From a virus (Duplodnaviria; Heunggongvirae; Uroviricota; Caudoviricetes): a stretch of DNA of 64,000 bases. Numbering within the stretch: position 1 is the first letter of the stretch; each line of letters opens with the position of its first letter. The stretch lies in the IMG/VR virus record IMGVR_UViG_3300000976_000008, positions 175,223 through 239,222 of that record; one strand, written 5' to 3'. The position numbers and the translations under genes are program-made. Shown here piece after piece: positions 37,225 to 46,705 of this stretch. The notes below the pieces were generated by a model, which saw only the letters and a list, made by a program, of their open reading frames with translations, was not told the DNA's origin and made no database searches.

Positions 37225-37301
37225 TAGTGCGGGACGGACTCGAACCGCCGACAATCTGGCCGTTTCCAGCGAGATCACTCTTCCAACTGAGCTACCGCAC
37301 C
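37225..37301 (-). tRNA. tRNA-like RNA with atypical anticodon arm (possible GGA/Ser)
   Basis: GGTGCGG/CCGCACT; TAGCTCAGTTGGAAGAG D arm; GGCGG-TTCGAGT-CCGTC T arm. Confidence 0.7.
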
Positions 37302-37307
37302 AATCCA

Positions 37308-37529
37308 CTAAGCCAAAGCTCTGTTTGCACGAGCAGCCAAAATATCCGCTTCTTCACTCACATGAATAGCAATGTATGTTGAGTTACCTTCCTTAGCGAC
37401 CGAGCAGGGTGTGCTGGTTCGAGGAATTACGACGAATGACTTGCCTTCGGCGTTCTTGTAGATGCTTTGAATAGCAGACACAGGAACAAAAGCTTGAACA
37501 TCTGAGTTCGCAATCGTGAATTCAACCAT
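37308..37529 (-). CDS. Hypothetical protein
   Basis: Trimmed start MVEFT, GGAG RBS. Confidence 0.7.
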   Translation of the reverse strand: MVEFTIANSDVQAFVPVSAIQSIYKNAEGKSFVVIPRTSTPCSVAKEGNSTYIAIHVSEEADILAARANRALA

Positions 37530-37609
37530 CGTCGTCTCCGTCTCCGTTGTGAAAAAGAAAGTGGCGTTTAAATAGCGACCCCCATCGCCCGCCACCTTCG
37601 CAGGAATTT

Positions 37610-38008
37610 CTAGTTTTCGTCTGTCTCTTCTGGATTTATCCAACGCTCGCCGTCGTAGAAAGCGAAATCACCATTCTTCTTATAGGCACAAGGAACTTCC
37701 ACATCATTACGCCTGTATATTGCACTCCCTGCTGGTTGAAACTGAACTTCGTCCAATTCATCCACGTTGGCCAATCTAGATTCGACATTAGAATCAGGAT
37801 TGGAGAAGACCAAAGAAACCGCACCTTTCTCAGTTACGTGCGGTTTCAGATGGCGATCATTCAATTCATCTGCGAAAGAACGCTTCTCGTCTTCTGGAGG
37901 ACTCCAAGAAGTTGAACATTCACTACAGTAGAGTCTACCTCCAGAACGACGCAATTCAGGTGACCCACATTTGTTGCAAACGCACGGATTCATCTGTTTC
38001 TGCCTCAT
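37610..38008 (-). CDS. Zinc-ribbon protein
   Basis: CNKCGS...YCSEC; follows motif at 38031. Confidence 0.75.
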   Translation of the reverse strand: MRQKQMNPCVCNKCGSPELRRSGGRLYCSECSTSWSPPEDEKRSFADELNDRHLKPHVTEKGAVSLVFSNPDSNVESRLANVDELDEVQFQPAGSAIYRRNDVEVPCAYKKNGDFAFYDGERWINPEETDEN

Positions 38009-38080
38009 TTGGAGGAATTGTCTAACTATTTGTTGCGAAAGAATGACCCCCGTTAATTTGGATCACCAACAGGAGTTGTT

Positions 38081-38440
38081 TCATGCCTGACTTTGTGCGT
38101 TGCTCAAACCGCCACGGAGAAACCCTGCGACATCAAACTCATCCCCAAATTTCTCTGCAATCGCTGGCAGTCGTTCATCTTCCAACATAGCTTGTAGGAT
38201 CACGATTTGTGCCTGCGGAGTCCATGGAAAGTCCATGTAGAAGTCGGTGGTCCAAGAAGAGAGCCAATTCCCGTCGTTATAGCAATCTGGCAGACCGTTC
38301 TCGGCGACATGTTCAAGAGTGAGGATCTGTGTCTCCACAGTCCAAGCTGGAGTAGAGAAATCATGTAACTTTGAAGCAGCAGTATCCCGTTCTGCCTTCA
38401 TGCGACGGGATTCTGTGACGTTGTGTGAGTAAAATCGCAT
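38081..38440 (-). CDS. Cassette hypothetical protein
   Basis: Between motifs at 38031 and 38480. Confidence 0.8.
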   Translation of the reverse strand: MRFYSHNVTESRRMKAERDTAASKLHDFSTPAWTVETQILTLEHVAENGLPDCYNDGNWLSSWTTDFYMDFPWTPQAQIVILQAMLEDERLPAIAEKFGDEFDVAGFLRGGLSNAQSQA

Positions 38441-38501
38441 GTCTGGCTTCTCCTACAACAAGGGGGAATTGTACCCCCTTGTTGCAAGCGAAGGGTATTA
38501 G

Positions 38502-38936
38502 TTAAATCGAGTCCCGAATTTTCATCAAAATTCGACCCAAGTTGTTTTGACCCTTGCCGGTCTTCAAACTCACTCCCCAAACAGTATCGTTCCAGTTGTT
38601 GCCTTCTTGCAATTCTTGGTCGCCCGTGGATCTCAGCAATTCCGCAAGTTCCGGAATTGCAAATTTCAGGCGGCAAACCTGTTCCATCACATCCAGTTTT
38701 CTGGCTTCCCATGCGGACTGGTCAAAATCGGGCAGAATCCCGCGTCGGCCTCCGGCACGTTTAGCTTTTCCGGGTGTGTCTTTGGCTGCGATCAGTTTTC
38801 TAGTTTCTTGGTCATTCGTCTTAGCAGCTTGGAACGCATGTTCAACAGTCGGGTAGTCTATACCTTCGTAGTGAATCGGACTTGGGTGGAAATTTGATAG
38901 GAATGCGTACGGACCTTTGAACTGTGCAATCATCAT
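38502..38936 (-). CDS. ybiA: NADAR (YbiA-like) family protein
   Basis: FLSNF..YPTVEHAFQAAK..LQEGNNWNDTVWG..GQNNLGRILMKIR. Confidence 0.92.
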   Translation of the reverse strand: MMIAQFKGPYAFLSNFHPSPIHYEGIDYPTVEHAFQAAKTNDQETRKLIAAKDTPGKAKRAGGRRGILPDFDQSAWEARKLDVMEQVCRLKFAIPELAELLRSTGDQELQEGNNWNDTVWGVSLKTGKGQNNLGRILMKIRDSI

Positions 38937-38991
38937 AAACTCCAAAATTTCGGGAATCGTATGCTGATTTGTTACAGGTAGAGACTATCCG

Positions 38992-39297
38992 TTAATTTGA
39001 TCGACCAAAATAGTCATCGCCTTCGCAAGCTTCCGCAATCAACTTTCCGAGATCGACTCCAGTTGGGATCTTCCGCAGAATCTCAAGGGTTTGAAGAACC
39101 CGATTATCGATCCTATCTCGGATGTTGGGAATTTGACTGTTACCTTGCAAGTAACGTAGACGCAACGCGAGGACAGCACTACGAACTGTAGCCTCTCGCT
39201 CTTGGGTCATGCGACTCTTCTTAGGGCGGGATTTCAAAGTTTCGAGCAGTCGCTCGCCTATGAACTTCGCCAGATCTTCTCGGTCATCTTTAGCCAT
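38992..39297 (-). CDS. Hypothetical protein
   Basis: AGGAG RBS; stop in GTTAA box. Confidence 0.75.
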   Translation of the reverse strand: MAKDDREDLAKFIGERLLETLKSRPKKSRMTQEREATVRSAVLALRLRYLQGNSQIPNIRDRIDNRVLQTLEILRKIPTGVDLGKLIAEACEGDDYFGRSN

Positions 39298-39314
39298 TTG
39301 TTATTCTCCTACAC

Positions 39315-39341
39315 CTGAAGCCGGGACTTGCCCGGCTTCAG
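39315..39341. terminator. Perfect 11-bp hairpin
   Basis: CTGAAGCCGGG / CCCGGCTTCAG. Confidence 0.55.
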
Positions 39342-39574
39342 TAAACGTATGCTCTCAAAAAATACAGCGACTCACTTAACCATATTGACTTGGCTTTTGG
39401 CGTGGCTTGACGCTTGCCCCACACTGGCTGTTTGATTTGCCACCGACTTTGTCGGTATCGCTGAGTGATCGTTCTTCACTGTGGTCCTGGTATCGCAGAC
39501 CAAGCATCATGACGATCGTGAAAATTGACGAGAACACGTTTGCGTTTCCTGTTTGGAAAATTCGAGAGAGGGTA

Positions 39575-39682
39575 CTAGTCGTCGAGATAATTATCGAGGG
39601 TGCAACACCAGCAGTAACCATCGGTCAGATCATCACTGTTAACGGGATCACTACAACCCGGACAAATCGTGTCTTTTTCCAT
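39575..39682 (-). CDS. 35-aa Cys-rich peptide (below cutoff)
   Basis: MEKDTICPGC...GYCWCC; follows motif at 39707. Confidence 0.55.
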   Translation of the reverse strand: MEKDTICPGCSDPVNSDDLTDGYCWCCTLDNYLDD

Positions 39683-39868
39683 CTCTTCAACCCTTTCTTA
39701 CCTATTTGTTGCGAACCGAGTGGGGGTAGTTAAATCTGGGTCACTCGTTTTTTCAGGTTCATCGTGGACGTCGGAAAGATGGTGGAGCAAGGTGATCTGT
39801 CTCTTCAGAGCATGTTTCACATATCTGGTCAACGAACTCTATTGTGTAGTGCAATGGTCGCCTATTGT

Positions 39869-40459
39869 TCACACTTCACCTGCTTTCGGACAATCTCGAT
39901 TGACGAGGATTTGGTTCGCCGTGTCAACGGGAATATCGACAGATCCATTATCGAACACGACAATGACAACACGTTCGGATTTGTGTAGAAACGAACCCAA
40001 ACGTGGCGAAGACATCGCTTGATAATGATCTTCTGTGAGCACCAACTCTTCGAAGATACCAACGACAAGCTCCATATCATCGAGAAGTTCGAATTCGCTC
40101 TTGTGGGATTCCACATGCTCTCGCAGAACGAGGTCTTGATGTGGCCCCAACTCGACGTAATTCGAGTCGCCCCCTTGGGCTTCGACTGGATCTTGTTTGC
40201 TATCGTCGAATTGCAATGGTGGTTTGTGGTTCGCGTCCAAGATGATGTCGATGGAGAATTGACTGTAGAAGACTTCGTCGCCAGTAGTGCGATCTTCTAC
40301 AGTGACTTTACCGCATTTGAGATCCACTCTCACTGACTGAGAAAGCGGATCATCTACACAGTTAGCAAAAGCTTGGTTGATCAATGCTTTACCACTATGT
40401 GTTGCCTCCAGCAACTCAAAAAGCCTAGCGAAACCGCATCGGAATCTTGGGTCGTTCAT
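39869..40459 (-). CDS. Hypothetical protein
   Basis: 196-aa ORF. Confidence 0.75.
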   Translation of the reverse strand: MNDPRFRCGFARLFELLEATHSGKALINQAFANCVDDPLSQSVRVDLKCGKVTVEDRTTGDEVFYSQFSIDIILDANHKPPLQFDDSKQDPVEAQGGDSNYVELGPHQDLVLREHVESHKSEFELLDDMELVVGIFEELVLTEDHYQAMSSPRLGSFLHKSERVVIVVFDNGSVDIPVDTANQILVNRDCPKAGEV

Positions 40460-40728
40460 TTACTCATCCTGTCGAGTTGTCGATTTACTAGGGCGATCCA
40501 TCGTCCCACTGGAACCTTTTCCATCTTCTCGAATTGCTCCGGTTCAAGATGGCTAGCAATGATCGCTTCAAATTGTGGCAAGTAGACCAGTTTGGCTTTC
40601 CAGTCTCTGTTAGGAAGCGACGCTGCTTTTTCGTGTGCTATTCTCTTGCGTCGAAACCATTCTTTCTGGCCCCATTTCTCCGCCATTTCAGTATCGCGTG
40701 ATGCTTCGGACTTGATTGTGAAGGCCAT
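40456..40728 (-). CDS. Hypothetical protein
   Basis: CAGGA RBS. Confidence 0.75.
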   Translation of the reverse strand: MAFTIKSEASRDTEMAEKWGQKEWFRRKRIAHEKAASLPNRDWKAKLVYLPQFEAIIASHLEPEQFEKMEKVPVGRWIALVNRQLDRMSK

Positions 40729-40873
40729 CGTTCATTCCTGGATTGGGGGACAGTGTTAGCAGACTTGCGGATATTCGGGATGACTTTGCGTTTCATCAGT
40801 GCCCGCCGCTTCTAAAGCAACAAGCCGCCTGCCAGAACCTTTCAGGGTATCCCCTTAGTTGTGTGCCTATTTG

Positions 40874-41161
40874 TTACGAAACAACACCCTCAGTTAATTT
40901 CTCTCTCTTCTTTCTCAGAAGTCTATTGAGTTCTCCTTCGATACGCATCACAACTCCCTCAGCATCGTCGGGATCTATGATATAGAACCCCCAATTCCCA
41001 TTAATTCCAGCGTGTGTAGGATGCAAACGAGAATCCGTGTTCGAAGCAGGATCTGTGATTCTTTCGATAACGCTCTTGACCTGTTCAGGAGTGATCCCAG
41101 CGTTCATGTATTTTTCGGCACTAAGAACAACCTTAGTCCACAGATCATAGCTGAGCATCAC
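40874..41161 (-). CDS. Hypothetical protein
   Basis: ORF; 3' end overlaps motif 40872-40897. Confidence 0.7.
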   Translation of the reverse strand: MMLSYDLWTKVVLSAEKYMNAGITPEQVKSVIERITDPASNTDSRLHPTHAGINGNWGFYIIDPDDAEGVVMRIEGELNRLLRKKREKLTEGVVS

Positions 41162-41358
41162 ACAAAATCCTCAGGATCTTTACCGCGACGACAAATCTGC
41201 CTGTCAGCTTCGTTCACGATCTTTATAGCTGTCTGGACTGAGGATCTAACCAATGCTACATTGCAGTTTCGACCATCACCAATCAAAGATGCAGCTATTA
41301 GTGAAACCATCTGCACTTTCGCAAGATGTTGTAATGGGTCGTGATCATCTCGCGACAT
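41158..41358 (-). CDS. Hypothetical protein
   Basis: ORF. Confidence 0.65.
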   Translation of the reverse strand: MSRDDHDPLQHLAKVQMVSLIAASLIGDGRNCNVALVRSSVQTAIKIVNEADRQICRRGKDPEDFV

Positions 41359-41809
41359 GTGGGTGGCCTTTTAGAAGATCATCGAGCATCGAAAGATGCA
41401 AAACGAGTTGTTTCATTTGTGGGAGTGCCCAATCTTGTGGTCGGATATAAGTCGTCTGTTGGACATTGCCAGTAACATCTAGGCGAGGTCTATCGGACAA
41501 TACGACTGTCATGTCAGTTTTCTCAAGCTCTGGAAGAATGCAAGCGGTCTTAGTGTCGCCACCACCCAGAGTCAAATCAATCGTATCCTCGATAGGATGA
41601 TTCGGTCCGAATGGTCGAGTCAACAGAATCGCTTCATCGTAGTAGAAAACTCTACCAACAGCATATCTGTCGAAAAGTCCTAGAAGAAGCTCACCACGAT
41701 TACCTCGTTCATAAAGACGACGACAAGATCCGCTAAAATCAACACAAAGAATCACGTCTTCATCTCCAAAATGAGAAACCCCGGCCCAGCACAACCTTCC
41801 ACCCAACAT
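41345..41809 (-). CDS. VWA-like domain protein
   Basis: MIDAS-like CVDFSGS, GGGDT, VVLSD. Confidence 0.6.
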   Translation of the reverse strand: MLGGRLCWAGVSHFGDEDVILCVDFSGSCRRLYERGNRGELLLGLFDRYAVGRVFYYDEAILLTRPFGPNHPIEDTIDLTLGGGDTKTACILPELEKTDMTVVLSDRPRLDVTGNVQQTTYIRPQDWALPQMKQLVLHLSMLDDLLKGHPHVAR

Positions 41810-41920
41810 CAGTTAGCACGTCAGCTTTGACGCACAGGTCGTGTTACTCGGACCGATCATCGGGAACGTCGGGGTAACCCCGATCAATTGTACTTTCTTA
41901 TTGCGAGAGCCAACTTGCCG

Positions 41921-42247
41921 TTAAATTCGACCCATTGGCAACGGTGGTTCGTTCGCCATTCTACCAACCAATGCTTCAACTGGTTCAGGGTTAGAAATGC
42001 AAGCCAAGTCTGTCTCATACTGGCTAGCCATCTTCACCCATTCATCAGCGACGCATGGTGTCATGTGTTCGCAGAGGTAAGAATGGACCTCATTGAAATC
42101 GACGAGTCTGCTCACGACACCTTCAACAGAAATCGTAAAAACCGGATCGTCACCTTCAAAGATTGAAATCAATCCACAATGTTCACTAGCAGACCAATGA
42201 CTTGGTAAGATTGTGTTCGCAGCAGCTTCGATTTCAGAGAGAATCAT
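41921..42247 (-). CDS. Cassette protein, paralog of 35382-35900
   Basis: Stop in GTTAA box of motif at 41899. Confidence 0.8.
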   Translation of the reverse strand: MILSEIEAAANTILPSHWSASEHCGLISIFEGDDPVFTISVEGVVSRLVDFNEVHSYLCEHMTPCVADEWVKMASQYETDLACISNPEPVEALVGRMANEPPLPMGRI

Positions 42248-42366
42248 AATCTTGTCCCAAGAAGCCACTCGACCCAATCACAACAAGGTAATAACCTTGA
42301 GATATCAAGCCGAGTGGAGCAGGCTTCTGAATTGTCTATCCCTCTGTTACAAGACAAGGCATCCAG

Positions 42367-42663
42367 TTAAATGAAGTCCTTCCTAGGGGCTGGATATGTC
42401 TCGATTTCTAAAGAATCGCCAGCAAACTGGATCATGCTTATACGATAATCAGTGTCCATGTAAATCAATGTATCACTCTTAGTAATCTGTTCGGATTCAC
42501 TCAAACTAATTATGACCCAACATTTTGGGGGAGTCTCTGGAGTGATCTCGACTTCTTTGCAAAACCAAGTGATTCCGCCATCTTTCCGAAACTTTCTCTT
42601 TTCAAGTTGATGGTAAGATAGACGTTTAGGCACGTGCGTTTCCAATTTGGAAATCCTCTTCAA
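42367..42663 (-). CDS. Family A small protein
   Basis: EITPET..LIYMDTDYRI. Confidence 0.8.
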   Translation of the reverse strand: MKRISKLETHVPKRLSYHQLEKRKFRKDGGITWFCKEVEITPETPPKCWVIISLSESEQITKSDTLIYMDTDYRISMIQFAGDSLEIETYPAPRKDFI

Positions 42664-43255
42664 ATTTGAGTATTTCTCTCAGTATCTCATTGTGAACATC
42701 ATTATCGCCGAGATAATAATTCATATGATGGATTCGTGGTGCGGGTGCATCTTCTTTTCTTGGAATATCGAGCCTATCTTCCAAGATTAGTAACACAGTC
42801 GGTGGTTTTACGTCATATGTCATCGAGAGGATTATGGAGCTAGTTCGAGTTTGATAACATAAGTCATCGTTGCGGCGGTGAACGTTAGGACCTGGTTTGA
42901 GGCCAAGAATTTTTCTCTTTAGATGAGAAGTAAGCATGAAACGAGCATAAGTTCGATCCATTGCAATCTCATGTAATTTGTTCGCAACATTGTGTTCGAA
43001 ATTCGGTTCAGAAATCAAGAATTTATAGGTCGTCTGTGTATACTCACCATCTATTACAAGTTCTGCGACTTCTCCTTCTACGTCGATAAAATAGGTCGTA
43101 GATCCAAATGGTGTTTTAATTCCACCTTTGTGAAAATCTCCTCTGCTTGTGTCAAGATATTTAGCAGCAGCGATCACGTGATATGGACATATTCGCATGA
43201 TCGCCTCTATGATCAACGCTTTAGCAACTTTTTCGATATCTCTACTTTGGGTCAT
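42626..43255 (-). CDS. Tandem two-domain family B protein
   Basis: FLISEPNF and YYLGDND. Confidence 0.75.
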   Translation of the reverse strand: MTQSRDIEKVAKALIIEAIMRICPYHVIAAAKYLDTSRGDFHKGGIKTPFGSTTYFIDVEGEVAELVIDGEYTQTTYKFLISEPNFEHNVANKLHEIAMDRTYARFMLTSHLKRKILGLKPGPNVHRRNDDLCYQTRTSSIILSMTYDVKPPTVLLILEDRLDIPRKEDAPAPRIHHMNYYLGDNDVHNEILREILKFEEDFQIGNARA

Positions 43256-43847
43256 GTTCTCGTATTAATCTTACGATTTTCTGTTTCAGCTCTGGATCAG
43301 ACAATTTGTAAGTTTCAATATGTGAGTATATCCGAGCGTTATCTCTTCGGTTGACTATAAAAACTTGCACTTCATCCCTATCATAATTAATATTAATATG
43401 AATGTATTTGTGAAGAGTCTTTAGTTGGATGTCACACGGATTCGCTATAATATCCTCTCTTTCAGAGAGGTATTCAACCCGATTGATCAAGTAAGAAGTT
43501 ATCCTCGATTGTCTTCTCGGTCGATTGATGGCTAATATGTAGAGTTTTTTCGCCAAAGCCACATGAAAGTCAGGGTCGGATAGGTAGAATTTATTCTGGG
43601 CATTTCTACTCCCGATACTTAGATAGATAGTGTCATCTGGATCATTGCAACCTTTCGGCTGCATATAATCGATGAAATAATTCTCAGATCTCGCGTGATC
43701 TCCCACACATCCTTGTATGTAATGACCATGGTCGACGATCGCGTGTTCCGGCAACCTATCTCTAATCGCTTCCATAATTATCGCACTGGAAGCCTTCCAT
43801 AATGTGTTCGATATTATGTCAGTGTCGTTATCATGACGTCCGTCCAT
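43242..43847 (-). CDS. Tandem two-domain family B protein
   Basis: FYLSDPDF and YKLSDPEL. Confidence 0.8.
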   Translation of the reverse strand: MDGRHDNDTDIISNTLWKASSAIIMEAIRDRLPEHAIVDHGHYIQGCVGDHARSENYFIDYMQPKGCNDPDDTIYLSIGSRNAQNKFYLSDPDFHVALAKKLYILAINRPRRQSRITSYLINRVEYLSEREDIIANPCDIQLKTLHKYIHININYDRDEVQVFIVNRRDNARIYSHIETYKLSDPELKQKIVRLIREHDPK

Positions 43848-44137
43848 TTGGTGTTTACGCTTTCAGTCGTTATGACTCTTTTTCGCTTTTTGTTCTTAGC
43901 TAATCTCTTACTAATTCTATGAGGTACTCCCTGTGGTAGAGTGCCAATTCTAGTGTGAAGGATCATGAACTCTTGATCTTGATGAACCAGGACTTTTTGC
44001 TTATGTCCACTTCCAAATGTCACAACTAGATCATCAGATTCCGTCTCTGGAGTTATTTCATCCTTGAATAGAAGCCAACAGATATTGCCATCCATGACCC
44101 ATCTGTCGAATAATTTGTAAGCCTTATAATCTTTCAC
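43814..44137 (-). CDS. Family A small protein
   Basis: EITPET..LVHQDQEF. Confidence 0.8.
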   Translation of the reverse strand: MKDYKAYKLFDRWVMDGNICWLLFKDEITPETESDDLVVTFGSGHKQKVLVHQDQEFMILHTRIGTLPQGVPHRISKRLAKNKKRKRVITTESVNTKWTDVMITTLT

Positions 44138-44322
44138 CGATTATTGCAACCTTCTCCGTTGCAAGAGATGCATTTGACCCAGAAATAACTCATCCACTCA
44201 CATCGTTCACAACCGGATTCACAACACCGTTGTTGGATCTCTCCATATGAACAATTTGGGTCAGGTTCAATTTCTTTTCTCTTAGACATTACGACAATAC
44301 TCCAACACAGCATCGATAGCAT
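44134..44322 (-). CDS. Small Cys-rich protein
   Basis: Several CxxC. Confidence 0.6.
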   Translation of the reverse strand: MLSMLCWSIVVMSKRKEIEPDPNCSYGEIQQRCCESGCERCEWMSYFWVKCISCNGEGCNNR

Positions 44323-44358
44323 TTTGAGGAAACTTCGGGTCCGCTATATCGTCGTCAG

Positions 44359-44646
44359 TCAAGGGATCGTCATCTCATTCACGAAGGTTTGGGCGAAAAT
44401 CTGCGTCTTGATGGATAGATGCTTAGCACCTTTTATAACACCAAGAACATCATAATTCATGATCCTATAGAACAAGTGTGGATTAGACATCGTGCTAAGT
44501 GTTCTATTTTCAAGATCTACAAAGATCACTCTTCGAGAGTCGAGATCAGGATCTTCAAGACCACTGTCTGTAAGACGCCAAGAGAGTTGTGTATTACCTG
44601 ATCTGTCTTTCAGGTTCTGCACATCTATAGCAAGTCTATAAATCAT
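44359..44646 (-). CDS. Family A small protein
   Basis: WRLT..GLEDPD. Confidence 0.8.
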   Translation of the reverse strand: MIYRLAIDVQNLKDRSGNTQLSWRLTDSGLEDPDLDSRRVIFVDLENRTLSTMSNPHLFYRIMNYDVLGVIKGAKHLSIKTQIFAQTFVNEMTIP

Positions 44647-44930
44647 TGTGGGAATGGTCTCATAAGCTGGGTTGGTTGCAATTCAGTTTTGACATAAGCT
44701 GGATAGTTATCACCAGCTACAATATGTTCGAAGATTTTGAAACCCAAATCCCCCCGCCACAACACGCCGTTCTTCGTTACAACCATCTCACTGGGATCTG
44801 CATCAGGATCATCAATTCCAATTGAACTAAGATTCCAATGGAGCATTGATCGCGGCTCATTCTCGTAAGGGCTGGTAACCCTCAGGATCTTCTTGCTGGT
44901 AACCAAGTAAATTCTAGTGACAACGTCCAT
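44643..44930 (-). CDS. Family A small protein
   Basis: WNLS..GIDDPD. Confidence 0.8.
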   Translation of the reverse strand: MDVVTRIYLVTSKKILRVTSPYENEPRSMLHWNLSSIGIDDPDADPSEMVVTKNGVLWRGDLGFKIFEHIVAGDNYPAYVKTELQPTQLMRPFPQ

Positions 44931-45283
44931 TATGATGCACTAGCAAGGATTAATGCGGCGATCCCGGCTATAGATGACACGATCAGTAGAGAAATGAACC
45001 AGCATTCGATGATCTCTCCAACAAAAGTGTTTTTATCTTTACTGAGAAGTTCTTTGAGGCGAAGAATCGCATGGTTTAGACTATTGGGGTGAGTCAGATC
45101 GTAAATCTCATCCTCTGCACCATCGATAAACGCAGCAATGATCAAAGAGCGACCTTTGATATTGATCATCGCAGATTTATCTGCCCGTTTCAGTAGAGCA
45201 GAGTTTTTGCCATACTTTTCAACTACAGTGCTTTGCGTGGCTATAGCAATCTCAGAGATCACAGCTTTCGATATATCAGTCAT
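44930..45283 (-). CDS. Family B protein with C-terminal TM
   Basis: YDLTHPNSL. Confidence 0.75.
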   Translation of the reverse strand: MTDISKAVISEIAIATQSTVVEKYGKNSALLKRADKSAMINIKGRSLIIAAFIDGAEDEIYDLTHPNSLNHAILRLKELLSKDKNTFVGEIIECWFISLLIVSSIAGIAALILASAS

Positions 45284-45524
45284 TTTGCGAAAAAGCTTTC
45301 CTAGTCACTACAAATCTGTCACTCGCTCCAGATCTTAAATCAGAGACAATCTCATATACACAATCATTATGAGTTAACATACCTCTTTCAGTATACGGAT
45401 TGTCTTCTATGGTGACGAACTCGGCTTTGGGAGATTCCAAGCCATTTTGACTTATCAGCCAAGTGTACTGTTTACTCTTTGGAGACGTTGTCGTAGGGCC
45501 TTTCTTAATTCTGTAGATTCTCAC
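45276..45524 (-). CDS. Family A small protein
   Basis: GLESP..LTHND..YEI. Confidence 0.8.
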   Translation of the reverse strand: MRIYRIKKGPTTTSPKSKQYTWLISQNGLESPKAEFVTIEDNPYTERGMLTHNDCVYEIVSDLRSGASDRFVVTRKAFSQND

Positions 45525-45817
45525 ATGAACTCCGGGAATCTGTCATGTTTGTGATATTCGAATCGCTTTCGTTCTTTCTTGCGATACTTGAAGTAATCCT
45601 GAGATTCTACAGATGACCAGGTCGTGATCGTCCCGATATCGGAATTAATGTTGACAATGTAAAACTTCTCACCTTCATAAGTGAGTATGTTATTACCGCC
45701 AGATAACGCTATGATCCCTAGATGATCTATGTCGGGATTTGCGAGATCTTCGTTATATTCCCATTTGATTACACACCCATTTGTGTTCGGCAAGCTTTTT
45801 AACGTGAAGTATTGCAT
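45521..45817 (-). CDS. Family A small protein
   Basis: DLANPD..LTYEGEKF. Confidence 0.75.
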   Translation of the reverse strand: MQYFTLKSLPNTNGCVIKWEYNEDLANPDIDHLGIIALSGGNNILTYEGEKFYIVNINSDIGTITTWSSVESQDYFKYRKKERKRFEYHKHDRFPEFM

Positions 45818-46128
45818 TCCCGATTTGCCGTTGCGTGTGAGTAAAGAGTAAAGTGTGTCGTGCTGCTATGGTCAAGATAGATTAGCTTAAAATCCACGTC
45901 TTCATGCGTTATGAGATCTGGTAAAGCCGCTTCTTCAGGATTTTCAGTATCTTGTAGCGTGACAAGTATCAACTCTCTAGACGGCGTTGTAGGAACAATA
46001 TCAAAGGTCAGATCCACCAACCAAACAAAACGATCATTGATTCTAGTTGGCGGTTCAGCCAGTCTATAGAACTCTTGAGTAGCCATTTGATTCAACCAAG
46101 TAGAAAGTGTGCATCTTTTTCGGGTCAA
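45799..46128 (-). CDS. Family A small protein
   Basis: DIVPTT..ITHEDVDF. Confidence 0.7.
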   Translation of the reverse strand: MTRKRCTLSTWLNQMATQEFYRLAEPPTRINDRFVWLVDLTFDIVPTTPSRELILVTLQDTENPEEAALPDLITHEDVDFKLIYLDHSSTTHFTLYSHATANRECNTSR

Positions 46129-46705
46129 TCATAGCCAGATCGCCTTTCTTACCATCACGAAAGTCTTCAAGAAGCTCGACTAACCATATGTTATTCCTAC
46201 TTTCTGAATCATAATGGTAGTCAGAAACAATACCCGTATAGAGCTTCTCGGTGAGCTTAAAGCCATATTGGTCAGTAGAAGGTGAATTTTCGTCTAGTTT
46301 GTAGCAAAAGGCTACTCTATCACGATGGTCCCAGACAATTTCTCCATCTCTAGTGAAGTGTGTCACTTCGAGAGGATCAACATAATCATGTTCACCAATT
46401 ATATCAGTTTTACAACAAATCCGTTCGCCACGCACATGATGAACTCTATATCCCTTCCGCTGTGTGAAATACTGGAATCCAGTGCGGGAATATTGCCTCT
46501 GCTTAATGCCGTAAACAAGATCTCCTGTGCGTATTGTGGCTAATACGCATCTTTCTCGTTCTGCGATCTCTTTGAGAATTTGGTCGACTTCATCGAGAGC
46601 AGGATCTGAGCAATTCATTTCTCGACTGATGAGAGGTCGGGCGTATCTTTTCTTCTCATCGTATTTTCTTCTCTTCTCGTCCTCAGTCATCTTTCGCAAC
46701 TCCAA
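46064..46705 (-). CDS. Hypothetical protein
   Basis: 213-aa ORF. Confidence 0.75.
   Translation of the reverse strand: MELRKMTEDEKRRKYDEKKRYARPLISREMNCSDPALDEVDQILKEIAERERCVLATIRTGDLVYGIKQRQYSRTGFQYFTQRKGYRVHHVRGERICCKTDIIGEHDYVDPLEVTHFTRDGEIVWDHRDRVAFCYKLDENSPSTDQYGFKLTEKLYTGIVSDYHYDSESRNNIWLVELLEDFRDGKKGDLAMIDPKKMHTFYLVESNGYSRVL

Noticed and set aside
38480-38507. dif/XerCD site (ends in TTAGTTAAAT)
   Set aside because: Resemblance to the XerD arm is limited to GTTAA in most copies, and there is no XerC-arm symmetry.
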